Source: Amoebophrya sp. A120 (lineage: Eukaryota > Protista > Dinoflagellata). Taken from it: a DNA stretch of 64,000 nt. The position numbers were made by a program, and so were the translations under genes. Below the pieces are notes generated by a model. The model was given only the letters and a program-made list of their open reading frames with translations, searched no databases and had not been told where the DNA came from. Below are positions 36,673-49,719 of the stretch, one piece after another. Location of the stretch: the NCBI GenBank assembly GCA_905178155.1, contig CAJINV010000010.1:2364778-2428777 (forward strand), given 5' to 3'. Position 1 is the first letter of the stretch. Each line of letters begins with the position of its first letter.

Positions 36673-39600
36673 TCACCGCCCCAGCCCAGTGACCCCGCCG
36701 GTTAACCCGGCGACGAGGCTCTGCGCCGCGGCACGTTCTGTTCCCGCGCCTGGTGCCGAAGTTGCCAACGGTATATTTGCGTAGGGGTTCGCGCTGCTAC
36801 TGCTGCTCGCAGTGTTGTAGGGGTTTGGCGTTCCGTACGGATTATGGGAGTGCCAGGATTGAAATCGACAAAGTTGGAAGTAGAACTTGTCATGCATAAA
36901 ATCGCTACCAGTTGGAAGCCCAATTTCTAAGCGGTGCGTGACAAATTTCGGCACCGTCTAAATCCAGTTACTTGTCATGCTGTTTAGGGACAGAAGGCGT
37001 CTTTTGTCGTGCTACCTTAGCAGCTCTATCGCAGACCCCAAACAGGCTGACGGTCTGCCTCACTTGCCATCCATGCAAGAGAGGCACTTCATGCCTTGCA
37101 CTTTATGCATGAGAAATTATTTCAAATTTGTCGATTTCAATCCTGACACTTCCATACGGATTCGGTGTGCCGTACGGGTTCGCGACGGTACTGGAGGACG
37201 ACGCTGCCTGGCTCGCATATGGATTCGCGGGCACCGCAGTAGCCGTCGCTTGCTGTGCATACGGATTACTATTCGCGGCAAGCGCAGTAGCTTGCGCTGT
37301 TGCATACGGGTTACTATTCCCCGGCTGCACGGCGGTCGCAGTCACCGCCGCGTAGGGGTTCGTCGCCACTGCTCCTGGCGTTGCTTGCGCACCGTACGGG
37401 TTACTTGCACTACTTGCAGCCGTCGCCCCACCTACGACACCCGGCGTCTGCTGGTAATAGGGTGACTTCATCATAGAAGAAGTCGCTCCTATCTGCCCAT
37501 AGGGGTTTGCGCCGACCGTGGGAGAAGCGACAGAGCCCGCGGTCATCTGTGGTCCTATTGGCCTTCCAAATTGCTGCTGCTGCTGTTGTTGCCCAGGTAT
37601 CATCAGCCCGGGGGACGCTGCTTGCTGTTGTCTATGGAACTGTCAGGATTGAAATTAACAAAGTTGAAATAATTTGTAATGCATAAAATCCATACCAGTT
37701 GGACCCACAGTTTCCAATCGGCGCATGACACATTTTTCTGACCTCTGAAGCAAGTCTGTCATGCTGTTTAGGGCAAGATGGCTCCTCCCTGTCATGCTAG
37801 TCAGCAACCCAATTCTTGACTTTTGCCAGCACTAGAATCAGCCTCCCTTGCGTCCTCTGCAATAGAGTCAGTCTCTGCGTCGCATTTTATGCATGACAAA
37901 CTATTTCAACTTTGACAATTTCAATCCTGACACTCCCATATGGTCCACCGGCTCCGTAGAGCGTTTGCTGCTGTCCCAAAGAAGATATCGGCTGCGTCTT
38001 ATCCTGAGTAAAAACGTCTCGTCCACAGCAGAGTCAAGATGGGAAAGCTGCTAGACAAATTAGCCGGCTTTGGTTGCTTCGCATGACAAGTTTGTCCTCG
38101 TAGTGAAATCCTCTTTTAGGTAGTTCAGAAGCATCACAGATCTAGCATATGATGCTGGTTATAGCATCACAAAACCCAAAACACGACTAGATGAAAATGC
38201 TTCTCATGTTGGGGATCCGCATGAGAAACTTTTTTGGCATGCAGATTTGCATGACAACTAACTCTGGGGAGGTGGGGACGATTTTACACAGGATACGTCT
38301 GTCCTAGACCCTTCTTGGTCGCGTGGATTTTCTTGTACTGGCCCCTGGAATATCAAATGCAAAGATGTCTAGGTCTGGAAACTTGTGCTGCAAGAAAGGG
38401 AATAGTGGACTCACTATAATGCGCTGCCAAGCATGACAAGTTTTTTCCATGGCTCTGAGTTGCGTACTCCGCATGAGAAACTGCATTTTTGCATGACAGG
38501 GACGAGGAGCTCTTCGCGGCCATGCAACACAGAGCTCAGAGTCAAGCCAGACACGCATGACAAATCTCGCAATCTCTGAGACCCAGACATTTTTGCAGTT
38601 GATATGGAACTCTTCGGCGACGCAGACGACGCGCATCGCAAGAAAAAAGCGTTACAGTTACACATTGTCTTGCAGGCCAAGCAAGACAGACAAGCTCTGT
38701 CATGCCGGATATGCATAAGAGCCTCGTTTCATAGGTGTTTTCCCCTAGGATTTCTGCATTACAGGTTTTCTCTCTCATGCAGGGACATTTGTGTTGCTGA
38801 ATTGCCTACAAATGTGTAACTGTAACACTTTTTTCGTGGGATAACGCGCGGTCGCGATCCAGTGTGCGGGAAAGCGGGAGGGGCGCGAGCGCTGGAGGGG
38901 AGGTTGTTTTGAGTTTGAGTAAGTAGTTCCGGTGATCGATAATCACTGCAAAGTATTGCAGCAAAGAAATAAGGGGAACAACAAACGACATATTTTTTTA
39001 CGTACGAAAGGCTGTTTTTATTTGCGTATTTATCAGATAAAAATCGCATCACAAAAACAAAACGTACACGGCGGCAGGGTTGCGGAGAGGTTCTGCGTAC
39101 TGCCCAACCCGTCTCCGCTGATTGTCTGCCCGAGCGCCTGTCCTTCCACTAGTCGCAGAATCTGCTCGGACAAGAGTCTTCCGGAACTCGACTGGCTTTT
39201 TACATCCACGCATTCTGAGTAAAAACGTCCCCACCCCAGAGTTGTCATGCAAATCTGCATGCCAAAAAAGTTCCTCATGCGGAGCTCCATGAGAGCCGCC
39301 TTCTAGTCGTTTTTTTGCATTTGTGATGCTAGAATCAGCATGATATGCTAGATCTGTGATGCTTCGGAAGTAGCTGAACAGGATTACACTACAGAGACAA
39401 GCTTGTCATGCGAAACAACCAAACCTGGTCGGGTTGTCTAGCAGATTTCCCATCTTTACTCTGGTCGTGTAGGGACATTTCTACTCAGGATACCGCGGTG
39501 GTGTCCTTCATAATCCCCATCTCCCGGCATCACATGCAAAAATGTCTGGGTCTGGAAGAATGCAACTTGTGATGCTGCATTTGGATGTCTAAAAAATTTG

Positions 39601-42600
39601 TGTTGCATGAGCAGCAAAAGGATTCTAATTTTGGCTACGCGAAGAGGGCATTTGTCATGCGGAACGGGCATCAAGAATCCCTCAAAAAACCTGTGACGCT
39701 AGGGCATGCATCACAGACGTCATGGCTCACGCAAACCGTGCATGACAAGTCTCAGAATCTTCCAGACCCAGACATTTTTGCATTTGATACCCGGACTAGG
39801 GTCGCGATCAGCTCCTTCAGCCCCCGCAGCACCTCGTTTTTTGCGTGGTCTGCCGCTTTCATCTCCTGCAGCATCCGTGCCATCTCTGCCATGCGCGAAT
39901 TTGCCTCCGCCGGCATGAGCTGGGAAGAAGATGACCCATTCATCCCGTTATTTGTCGTGGTCAAGGTGACAGAAGATTGGTAGTTCTGCGTCGCTGTGAT
40001 TGTCGTGCTTGAGGGGATTTGTGAGGAAGAAGATGCCGCTTGTATCGCGGGGGTCGCAGACTGGAGGGCACTGGAGCCGGAGGATTGGGGAGCTCCTGCG
40101 GAGGCTGTAGTAGTTTTAGTGATCATGTTGAAGAGTGGAAGTTGATTATGATTTGCACTTGCAGAATTCAAAATGCACGACCCTCAGGTGGAGCATGACA
40201 ATGGATAAAAAGACACACAAAAGAATACGCGCAGCCGCTGCAGTCGTTTTTACGGTCGTCGAGACTTCGTGACTCCACAAAGTTTGTATCAAATGCAAAT
40301 ATGTCTGGGTCTGGAAGGATGCAAGGTTTGCCATGCACATTTTGCATGGCTCCTGATGTCTGTGATGCATGCCCTAGCATCAGAGATTTTCCGAGGGCTT
40401 CCTGATGCCTATACTGCATGAGAAATACCCTGTCGCTGTGGCAAAAACTGGACCTTTTTTCCTGTTCATGCAATACAGATTTATTCGTAGAATCCAGATC
40501 CAGCATCACAAGTTGCATCCTTCCAGACTCAGACACATTTGCATTGCATAGTTTGCACCTGGTCCCGATTCAGCCTCCCGTACCCCTTCCTCATCTCTTC
40601 TATTCTCGCTTATCGTATTTAAAAAAGTCCCCACCCCAGAGTTGTAATGCAAATGTGCATGCTCAGAATGTTTCTCATGCCGAGCCCCATGAGAAGCATG
40701 GTCTAGTCCTGTTTTGGGATTTGCCATGCTCCAATCAGCGTGATATACTAGATCTGTGATGCTGCTGAGCTAGCTCCAACAGCACTACACTACGAGTCCA
40801 AATTTGTCATGCAAAACAGCCACAACTTGTGGATTTGTCTAGCCGATTTCCCATCTTGACTATGGGGTGGGGACGTTTTTACATCGGATATCGCTTCGAA
40901 GGACTTTATCGTGAAAAACCCGAGGATTTGTTCCTCCGGGCTCGTCGAAGTGATCTTCCTCCTCAGCTTGACCACAATGGACGGCGGTGTGGAGGCCAGA
41001 ATCTCCGGGCGAAACTCCAAATCGCCCTTCCCTACATCGATCAAGTGCTGCGTTCCCTCCGTACAGCTGTGCGCCACCTCCTTGTAACTCTTCTCAAATT
41101 CCTCTCTCGCCTTTGCATCACTGATGCCGCTGCTCACCGGCTGGACCTCTGGCGGCAAGGGGAGGAGGGCAAGGAGGGACTTCTTCGGGTCCTCATACGT
41201 GAATTGCTGTGGCGGCTGGTTTACGCCGCCAATCTTGAAGCTGTAGTAACTCCCCTGGGCGCCAAGGACCTAGAGGGGAGAATTGGTTTCGCACTTGCCT
41301 TCCGCTTAAGCACTCATGCAGACGTTCACGTCAAAATGTCCATTCCTTTGCATGTACGTCTTGTGCGCATGATAAAAAACGACATAGATACTATTACTAT
41401 CGTCCAAATCCTGCGTAAAAAAGTAAAACCCAGCGAGGAATAAACACCCAAAAATATTCCATTGAGATTACCAGCAAGCTCCCCTTCGCAACAGTCACTT
41501 TTACGCCCGGTGGCCCTTGCATCCTCCCGTCTAGCCACACCCCGTTTGCGGATATTTCCAAAAATATTGCATCCCCATAAGCCTGCAGATAGCACAGCTT
41601 CTTCGGGAAGCGGTATCGTGGGCAAAAACTATTTCAGTCCCACACCTTTGATGCAGACTTTACTTAGCAGTACAAAGATGAGAGGAAAGAAACAAAAATT
41701 TCTGATGCTTCACACAGCAAGGGGAATAAAGATTATCAACGACTAAAACGACTACTTAACTTGCGTCTCCAGCATTACAAAAAAGTGTTCCGAGAGGACG
41801 TGTCCGCATCAAAAGTTGATAGTGAGACAGTTTCATCTTGTTCTCGCGAGGATAAGCAGTGTTTCAATTGCAGCACGTTCGATGCGTCCGATCCGAATGT
41901 AAATTGTTTACCGTCGGGTAGCGCGAACTTCAAAATCTGGTGCAATTGCGCGTCAGCAGACCCGGCAACTAGTGACGCCGAATTTGGTATTGCAAGGAGA
42001 AATATCCCCTCCCCATACTCGGATCGAGAATTTGTGTTGCTGTATTTGAGTACACAAGTCGACTTGTATTGCTAGAGGGGCAACAGACGCAGTTGCTCCC
42101 TCGTTTGTAGGCAATTTTTCACGCTGTTTCCCGTTTCCAGTTGCTTCCTGTCATGCTGAAAACGCAAGGCTTTCCCACGCCAGCCAGCACTACAGTCCGC
42201 ATCTCTTCCTTTCTAGCCTGACAACGTGACAACTTGTGATCACAAATCATGCTACACAAATCTGCCTTTGAGTATAATGCGGAGGGGGATTTTTCCTCTT
42301 GATATTTGGGTCCGGTTTCAGGTAGCGTTTGGTCTGCCACGCTTCCTTTTTCAGCTGCCATTCCTTGAACAGCTTCACTTTGTCTGATAATTTCATTTTG
42401 CGAGAGCTGGAAGTTTTTTGATTTGTGCTACTGCTACGCATGACAGAAAGCATACACTCAACGTGAAGATTCTGCGTGGTAGTTGCAAACGCGGAAAAAA
42501 ACAATCGTATTTACGGTCTGCCGTGCTCATCCAGAGATCCTCTAACTCCTTCATTTGCAATGTGTACTTCAGCACTTCTCGTTTTGCGTTGTCTAAATCC

Positions 42601-45600
42601 TGTACACTCCGTGTTCCAAGCCGCACGGAGGATTCCACCTGTGCCACGATCTGCTGTTTTGGCATCACTTCGGTGCGCAACTGCTGCAAGATCTTGGTGT
42701 AGCCCTGCTCCTCAAGAATTCTCTCCGCAGGGAAGGTGACGCACATGCGGAGCTTGGAGGCGAGCCTGATAGGATTTATTTTCATCCAGTTGTACTTTTT
42801 TTTTTCTCCAACAACATGTTTCCATTTTCCGATTGTAGCAATGTTTACCAGCGACTGCAAGAATAGACCACCCAGAAGTTGTAGATGCTGCTCTTTCTCG
42901 CCTCTTAGACGAGAATTTTTCTTTTCCAGATTGAATACTTATTTCGCGAGTTGTACAACTATACTCTAGCGTCCTCGCACTGTCCGCAGCATTGGCCGGA
43001 TCTACGCAAGCGACCCAAGTTGTCCTGCAGCTTCCCGCATGGCTCTCCATCAAGAGTTGCCCCAGATAGGAAGTTTGGAAGACGGGCTGATAATATTTTT
43101 CTTTTGAGAAAGTAGCGAAATCCGCAACAGAAAATCGCACTGCGCTGCACATTTTCGCATGACAATTGATCGCTTTTCATTCGATAGTAAGTACCTTGCT
43201 CTCCGGTAGCAGCGGCTTGTTCCGCCCCACGCTCGCTCTCACCAGACCGTCTACGCAAGTTGAGAACAGCTCAACGGACCTGTTTAGGTACTCCACCGGC
43301 GGCTTTCCGACTAACGCGTCCCACCTCGCCGGACCTCCACCCGGGGTAGAAGAGGAGGTACTGCTAGAAGTTGTACTGCCAAAATCCCCTTTCCCACTGC
43401 TAGACGCGAAATCCACAAACGTCACCCGACTCAGCTTCGTCGGCCTTCCGGTGCCGGGCGTGTAGGGCTGGATTGCGAGATCAATCTGCACGAAGAGAGT
43501 GTTGGTTTCGGACGACAGAGGCCGCGTGGCGGGGTCTGCAGTATTTATTTCATGTGGACGACGATCATGGTGGTTTGTTTGATGCGTTGCGATGATTCTA
43601 CTCGTAGTACTTTTGTTTATATGATACTTAACAATCACTTTGATACCTACACCTAGTACGAGTTGTGCATCACGAAGTAGACAGAAATCGTAGCCATAGG
43701 CGCTCACGCACGTGACGTACAAAATAAACCCCGTGTATTTATTTATCAAGCAGTAGCAAGTAAAGTACCTCCCAGCGCCTGCTTCTGCTTCGCGAATGCT
43801 ACCGCTTCTTGAAACCCGGCTAGATCCACAATTGGGATTTTGGTCATATGAAATGCAAAAGTGTCTGGGTCTGGAAACTTGTGATGCAAGGAAGAGAATT
43901 ATAGGGAGCACACTGTATTGCGCTGCCAAGCATGACAATTTTTTTCGTGTTTCTGAAACTGGATTGCCTACATTCGCATGAGAAATTGCGTTTTTGCATG
44001 ACATGCAAGAGGAGCTCTCTGCGGCCACGCAACACAGAGTCCAGAGTCATGTCAGACTAGCATGACAAACCTCGCGATCTCCCAGACCCAGACATACTTG
44101 CATTTGATAGGTCAGCCCGGAAACCAACATTCCCAGTTGCCCATGCTCCAGCAACGTGAACCCATCACCCGCAAGAACATATCCCATGTAAAAACATCTC
44201 CACACCAGAGCCAAGATGGGGATCTCGCAACACAAGTCGAGAAGTTTTTGGGGCCTAGCATGACAAGTTCGTCTCTTTATTGCAGTTGTGCAGTTTAGCA
44301 AGTACAGCCGCAACACAAATCCATCTACTCATCCTGTCAACAGCATTACAAAGTGCAAAACGGGATTGGACAAAAGGCCTTTCATGGGGATGCGCAATAC
44401 AAATCTTCCTGTAGCTGCATGACAACTCTGGGGTGGGGACGTTTTTACTCAGAATAGAACACTACCCGCACTCACCGTGGCTCCACCAGGGCCGCCTGTT
44501 AGTACAGCATCTTCGGTCACTTTCAGCAAATCCCGGACCGAACTGTCAGATACGTCGTAACAGGAAAGATTTACCAAAATTCGGTTCCGCTTGCCCACCT
44601 CGCAGTGCTTCACTTCTTCAAAAAGCTGCTGGGCGAACTTCTCGGATAAAGACGTGAACGTCGTTGATTTCCCGGCGTTGAAGTTCCCGTAGGTGACATA
44701 TCAGCAGGAAAAATCCTCCCTCCCCATATCGAAAACGAAATTTGTGATGCTGTATAAAAAAAACAGTATTTGAGTACAACACAAATGGACTTGTATAGCC
44801 AGAAGGCAAAGAGGCGCAGTTGTTGCCTCGTTTGCAGGCAGTTTGTCATGCTGTTTTCCGCTTCTACCTGCCTTCTGTCATGCTGAAGATGCAAGGCTTT
44901 CCCACGCAGCCCAGAACTACAGTCCGCATCTTTATCTCTTCCCTTCTGGCATGACAAAGCTGATTCGTGGCCACAAATCTGCATCACGGATTTCCGGTTT
45001 GATATGGGGAGGGGGGATTTTTCTTCTTGATATAACAATGGTTCCGTTCTGCCCCTGCAAAGCTTCCACGAGCAACTTCGGCCCAATGTCGTCGAAGATC
45101 ATGTCGTCAGACTTTTGCTTGTTGTAAGAGGAAGAAGTCGCAGCTTGCAAATTTTCCGCGTCGAAAAGCCGGTCGAATTCAAACTTCTGCGCGTCTATTT
45201 GCACTTCCCGCGACGTGTTGGCCTGTGAACAAAGTGATAAAATGCATTGCAAAAGCCCAGAGTAGAAGTCCTGCTCAAGGACCAAATTCATTGTCATGCC
45301 AAGAGCAAGAATGACTCACAACTGCCTGGAAGCTGCTCAAGATCAAAAAAGTACCTTTATTATCCCACTCCCGACCGCCCCCGCAGGACTGCTCCCGGGT
45401 CGAAATCTGACCGTCACTCTTATCGGCAACGTGTCCTGTGTAAAAACGTCCCGACACCATAGACCACGGGAAATCTGCTACACAAATCAACAAGCTTTGG
45501 TTGTTGGGCATGACAAGTTTGGCCTCGTAGTATGGTCCTGCTTGGCTACTTCAGCAGCATCACAGATCTAGCACACCGTGCTTATTGGAGCATGACAACT

Positions 45601-47930
45601 TCCAAAACCCGACTAGAAAGCGCTTCTCATGGGGCTCCGCATGAGAAACATTTATTTCTGCATGCAGGCTTGCATCACAACCATGGGGCGGGGACGTAGT
45701 TTTTACTCAGGATATAACGGCTTCGTCCCGTCCCCGGGCGGACTTACGGGTCCAAATTGCACGGGCGCTGCTGGCGTGCTGGCCGCGGTAACCGGCGCCG
45801 GCAGGCCCGAGTTTGGCGGCACCTGGGTCGGCGGCTGCGTCTGCAGGGCGGACTGCTGCTGCGGCGGGGCGGCGGGGGGTGCGAGAATGCTCGCGTCACG
45901 GTATTACAGGGAAAAGTGCCCCCCACTCCTGAAATTGCAAAAATTTGTGATGCGAAGTTTCCAAATGAAAAGTCTTTGCCATGCATGAAAGCAGTATGAA
46001 TCTTCTTTCTGATGCAGAGTCTAGGCGTGTATCGCATCGCTTGCATGACAAGCGCCGCTCTTGCTGGGGTCTTTATTTACAATACAAATTTTTGCTATTC
46101 ACGATTGGAAACCTGTGATGCTGATAGATGCAAGAGGGCGAATGTTTCATTTGGAAAGGTTTGAAATACAAATGCTCCCAAGTTCGGGGGTAGGGGCATT
46201 TTTCATTGTAATACACGGTACTCCACGTTAGACGGAACGGGCCTGACCGCATCGTAGACCGACGGAGGCTATCCACTGCAAATATGTCTGGGTCTGGAAG
46301 GTTGAACCTGTATTGCATGTCTCGCATTCCTAAAAAATCTGTATTGCATAAGCAGCAAATAAAGCGCCACACTTTCGTCATGCAAAAGCGCAGTTTGTAA
46401 TGCGTTCTGCGCATGAGGAAGCGTTTGAAACATTTGTCATGCTCCGCTGCACTTACAGGCACAGTCAATCATGACCATTCAGCATTACAAGTTTCCAGAC
46501 CCAGACATATTTGCATTTGATAGAGGCACGATGGATCCAGCCGGAGCCGGCGCCGCAGCCGGCTGGGTTTGCGCAGTTGGAGAGGGCTGGGGTATAAAGC
46601 AAATGAGAATCTGCAATTCAATTAAGTACGGACAACTGGAGCTGCTACTGTTATCTGCTTTTGCATCCCAAACGTTTCTTACACTACTGTCCGCTGCATG
46701 ACAAGGGAACTCCCTCGGAAGAAGAACGCCTCAAGTAGTACCTGCTGACTCTGCGGCACGCTCGACGGGTAGCTGGGTTGCTGACCACCCGGAGCGGGGC
46801 CTGGAAGCGGCGGTTGCTGCGTCGTCGCTCCATACGGATTTGGCGGCTGCGGTGGCTGCCCCCCGTACGGATTCTGGCCCGGCGCACCAGCCCCGCCGGG
46901 CGGCTGTCCGTAGGGATTTGGTGGAGGTTGCTGCTGCTGCTGCTGCTGCCCGTACGGATTTGCAGCTGGCTGCGGCTGCTGTCCATACGGAATATTCGCT
47001 GGTGGCTGCTGTTGCCCGTATGGATTTAGCGGTTGCTGCTGCTGCCCATACGGATTTTGCGGCCCTGGAGCCCTGGCAGGGTCATACGGCGCTGGCGGCT
47101 GTTGCTGCTGCTGCGCCCCCGTGACAGGTGGTGGGGCCACACCAGCTCCGTACGGGTTTGGTCCCTGCTGTTGCTGCGGCGCACCACTGCCTCCTCCGTA
47201 TGGATTGTTCACCGGCTGTTGCTGCTGTGACGGCGTACTACCATAGGAAACCGGTTGCGGTTGTTGTATGAATGTGCGCAACTCCCCCTCCCCCTCATTT
47301 GTCATGCAAAATGCCCAACTCAGGCTGTACCTCTTAGCACTGTTTGCATAACAAGTTCTGGCAGCCCAAATAGCACTACAATCGGCTGCAAATTTGTCAT
47401 GCAAAACCTGCATTTTCGCTGGCGCTTGTATTGCCGTTCATGCCATACGAATGAGGGGAAGGAGGAGTTGTGCACTGTCATATGCTGCTGCGAATTATTA
47501 TAGGGGTTTTGCCCGTAACTGCTCGCGTAGCTCGTGGACGGTTGTTGCTGCAGGGAGCTGGTGCTGTAGATCGACTGTTGCTGCGGTTGTCCTCTATCGC
47601 CGGAAAAAACTGTTTCACTGTAAACTGGTAATGCAAAATGTGCATCGCAAAAGCGCTTGTCTTGCTACACATGCACAACAGGATGTTTTTAGCTGTGTTT
47701 TCCAATAGGAGCCCCCCATGATAAATTTTCTCTGTCATCATGTAGAGCAAACCTGTGATGCAAAATAATTTGCAAAATCCCATACAGTGAAACACTTCTT
47801 TCGTACCATATCCTCCATAAGGACCGTATTGCGGACTGCTCGTCGTTCCGCCATACGGATTTTGCGCCGCCCCCGCAGCCGGGGGAATCAGCGACGCAGG
47901 CCGCGCGCCTCCACCGAGCTGATTCATCAT
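36673..47930 (-). CDS. Divergent kinesin-3-like protein with NPY/Gln/Pro-rich N- and C-terminal extensions
   Basis: After splicing: PIRVTVRFRP, FEFDRLFD, GQNGTIV|TYGNFNAGKSTT (P-loop region), SCYDVSDSSVRDLL, VTFVDFASS (switch II region), PVFQTSYLGQLLMESHAGSCRTTWVACVDP, an FHA-like segment near 41850-41980, and KSFEA|RIEEMRKGY (KIF1/KIF13 stalk-like). Contains 18 TIR elements plus several GT-AG introns; continuity through 41200-42950 is only partly checked. Confidence 0.7.
36843..37156. mobile_element. Introner family G
   Basis: TIR TATGG(G/A)AGTG(C/T)CAGGATTGAAATCGACAAA; TSD CGGAT. Confidence 0.88.
37633..37940. mobile_element. Introner family G
   Basis: TSD TTGTC/TGGTC. Confidence 0.88.
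38000..38295. mobile_element. Introner family C
   Basis: TSD CGTCT. Confidence 0.88.
38351..38604. mobile_element. Introner family A
   Basis: TSD TGGAA. Confidence 0.88.
38634..38843. mobile_element. Introner family D (variant)
   Basis: TSD ACGCG; TIR AAAAAAG.GTTACAGTTACA. Confidence 0.85.
39211..39492. mobile_element. Introner family C
   Basis: TSD CCACG/CCGCG. Confidence 0.85.
39528..39789. mobile_element. Introner family A
   Basis: TSD CCCGG. Confidence 0.88.
40287..40550. mobile_element. Introner family A
   Basis: TSD GTTTG. Confidence 0.88.
40611..40890. mobile_element. Introner family C
   Basis: TSD TCGCT; removal gives FEA|RIEEMRKGY. Confidence 0.88.
41988..42304. mobile_element. 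Introner family B
   Basis: TSD TTTGG. Confidence 0.85.
43847..44109. mobile_element. Introner family A
   Basis: TSD GGTCA. Confidence 0.88.
44180..44456. mobile_element. Introner family C
   Basis: TSD GAACA. Confidence 0.88.
44699..45032. mobile_element. Introner family B
   Basis: TSD TGACA/TAACA; splits the kinesin P-loop region. Confidence 0.88.
45432..45714. mobile_element. Introner family C
   Basis: TSD CAACG/TAACG; left end TGT. Confidence 0.85.
45902..46213. mobile_element. Introner family E
   Basis: TSD CACGG. Confidence 0.88.
46270..46522. mobile_element. Introner family A
   Basis: TSD GAGGC. Confidence 0.88.
47267..47482. mobile_element. Introner family H (single copy here)
   Basis: TIR TATGAATGTGCGCAACTCC / GGAGTTGTGCACTGTCATA; TSD TGTTG/TGCTG; carries TTGTCATGC motifs. 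Confidence 0.8.
47595..47810. mobile_element. Introner family D
   Basis: TSD TCCTC. Confidence 0.85.
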
Positions 47931-48816
47931 GCTGATGCTTTATTGCGGTGCAACAGCAGTAGAACAACAAATCTAGAAGCCGGCGGGGGTTGCTTGTTCT
48001 ATGTCCCAGAGGTGCACCAGCACCCTCGTCGAAGCAAACAGGCTAAGACGAGCAGACGGGATAGTACGCAACAGCCTCCAGCAGTCCCAACATCACAGGA
48101 GCCATTTTCAACATCTGGCTCTTCAAGTCAGTCCTGACTTCTCTGGCGCAGCCGCAAGGTACTAAAGTCCTCGCTTACGGCTGCTAGGAGGGCACTTGTG
48201 CCATCATCTTCTTCGACAGGGTCCTATATTAGAGACGATGAATTTCAAAATTGATTAAAAGTAGAAACCATCACGTCGCGGCAGCTGCACACGTGCATCA
48301 TCATGTTGTTGTGAATTTTGATTGGCAGTCGAAGAAGTCACAAAAATTCAGTCTGCAGAAAGCTTCAGAAGATCTAGTGGCACTCTCCTTCGTTCTACTT
48401 CACTGCCCACGTCGTGTGGTGGTGGACGTGGAAAATAAAAGTGCCTCGTTTGGGAGAAATGTTCCCTGCGCCTTAGTGTAATACAACGAGGACGAGAACC
48501 ACAAACCGCTATACCTATTCGCACTCCACAAGATCAACAAGACGACCGTCGCAGAAAGAAGTAATATTACTCGTCACGCAGATTTGACTTCTCTATTCTC
48601 TTCGGCAAGAAACACAACTGGAGGCTGTAGAAATTTCCCGGCGCTCCTAAAACGCATACTGTAGAAGTATACTCACTCAACAACTTGATGCTGGGGGAGG
48701 AAGCACTTCACCTCCGGCACGGCGTGTGCATGATTTCACAAAAGTGTCGAGAAGTAGATCTAGCAATGCCCTTATCACGACGAAAATTTTCCTTCATGAT
48801 CAAAAACATCCTCTTC

Positions 48817-49719
48817 TCAACAGGAACAGTTTTGTTTGCCTAAATTCCCCTCATTCGTCGGACTTGGTGCTCTTACCCCCAACGTCTGCCCCGCGGAACC
48901 ACCACCGCCGGGGGTGGTGTTTGGTAGCAGTTCCGGCTCGGACAAAATCGACTCTGCGAGTTCCGCGAAGGCTTTCGAGACTTGCAAATTTGTTCTCGCG
49001 GACGTTTCCAAGTACGCCATGGCGTGCGAATTCGCGAACTCCTCCGCTTCCTCCCTGGACACTTGCCTTTCCTCGAGTAAGTCCACTTTGTTCCCGACTA
49101 ACAATAGTTTCGCTTTCTCGTGGGTGGAGTGCGCCCGGACCTCCTGTATCCACTTTGGCAAGTTGTCGAAAGTCTCCTTTTATTAACTGTAAAAATGTCT
49201 GGGTCTGGAAGATTCTGACACTTGTTATGCACGTTTTGCATGAGCCCTGATGTCTGTGATGCATGCCCTAGCATCACAGAATTTTTAAGAGCTTCTTGAT
49301 GCCTATTCCGCATGACAAATGCCCTCTCCGCGTAGCAAAAACTACATTTCTTTTGGTACTCGTGCAATACAGATTCTTCTGGAATCCACATGCAGCATCA
49401 CAAGTTGCATTCTTCCAGACCCAGACACTTTTACATTTGATACCTTTTGGGTGGTGTCGAACGCGAGTATGACCCCCTGCGCACCGCGGTAGTAACTGCT
49501 CGTCATGGTCCGAAACCGCTCCTGTCCGGCGGTGTCCCACACGGCGAGCTTAACCTGTTTTTGCTGCAGGGGCAGGGTTTTCGTGCGGAAGTCCACGCCA
49601 ATGGTCGCCAGCTGCCGCTCGTTAAACATGTCGTCGCAGAAACGGAGCATCAAAGAAGATTTCCCGACGCCAGAATCGCCGACGAGAAGAATTTTGAACA
49701 AATGATCGTAGGGTTGCAT
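48817..49719 (-). CDS. RAB18: Rab18-like small GTPase, 211 aa, exons 49444-49719 and 48817-49176
   Basis: [49 protein letters not shown] and C-terminal CSC. Intron 49177-49443 is a family A element; the splice gives FDTTQK|ETFDNLPKW. Confidence 0.93.
49181..49442. mobile_element. Introner family A in RAB18
   Basis: TSD CCTTT; TSD plus TIR create a GT...AG intron at 49177-49443. Confidence 0.92.
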
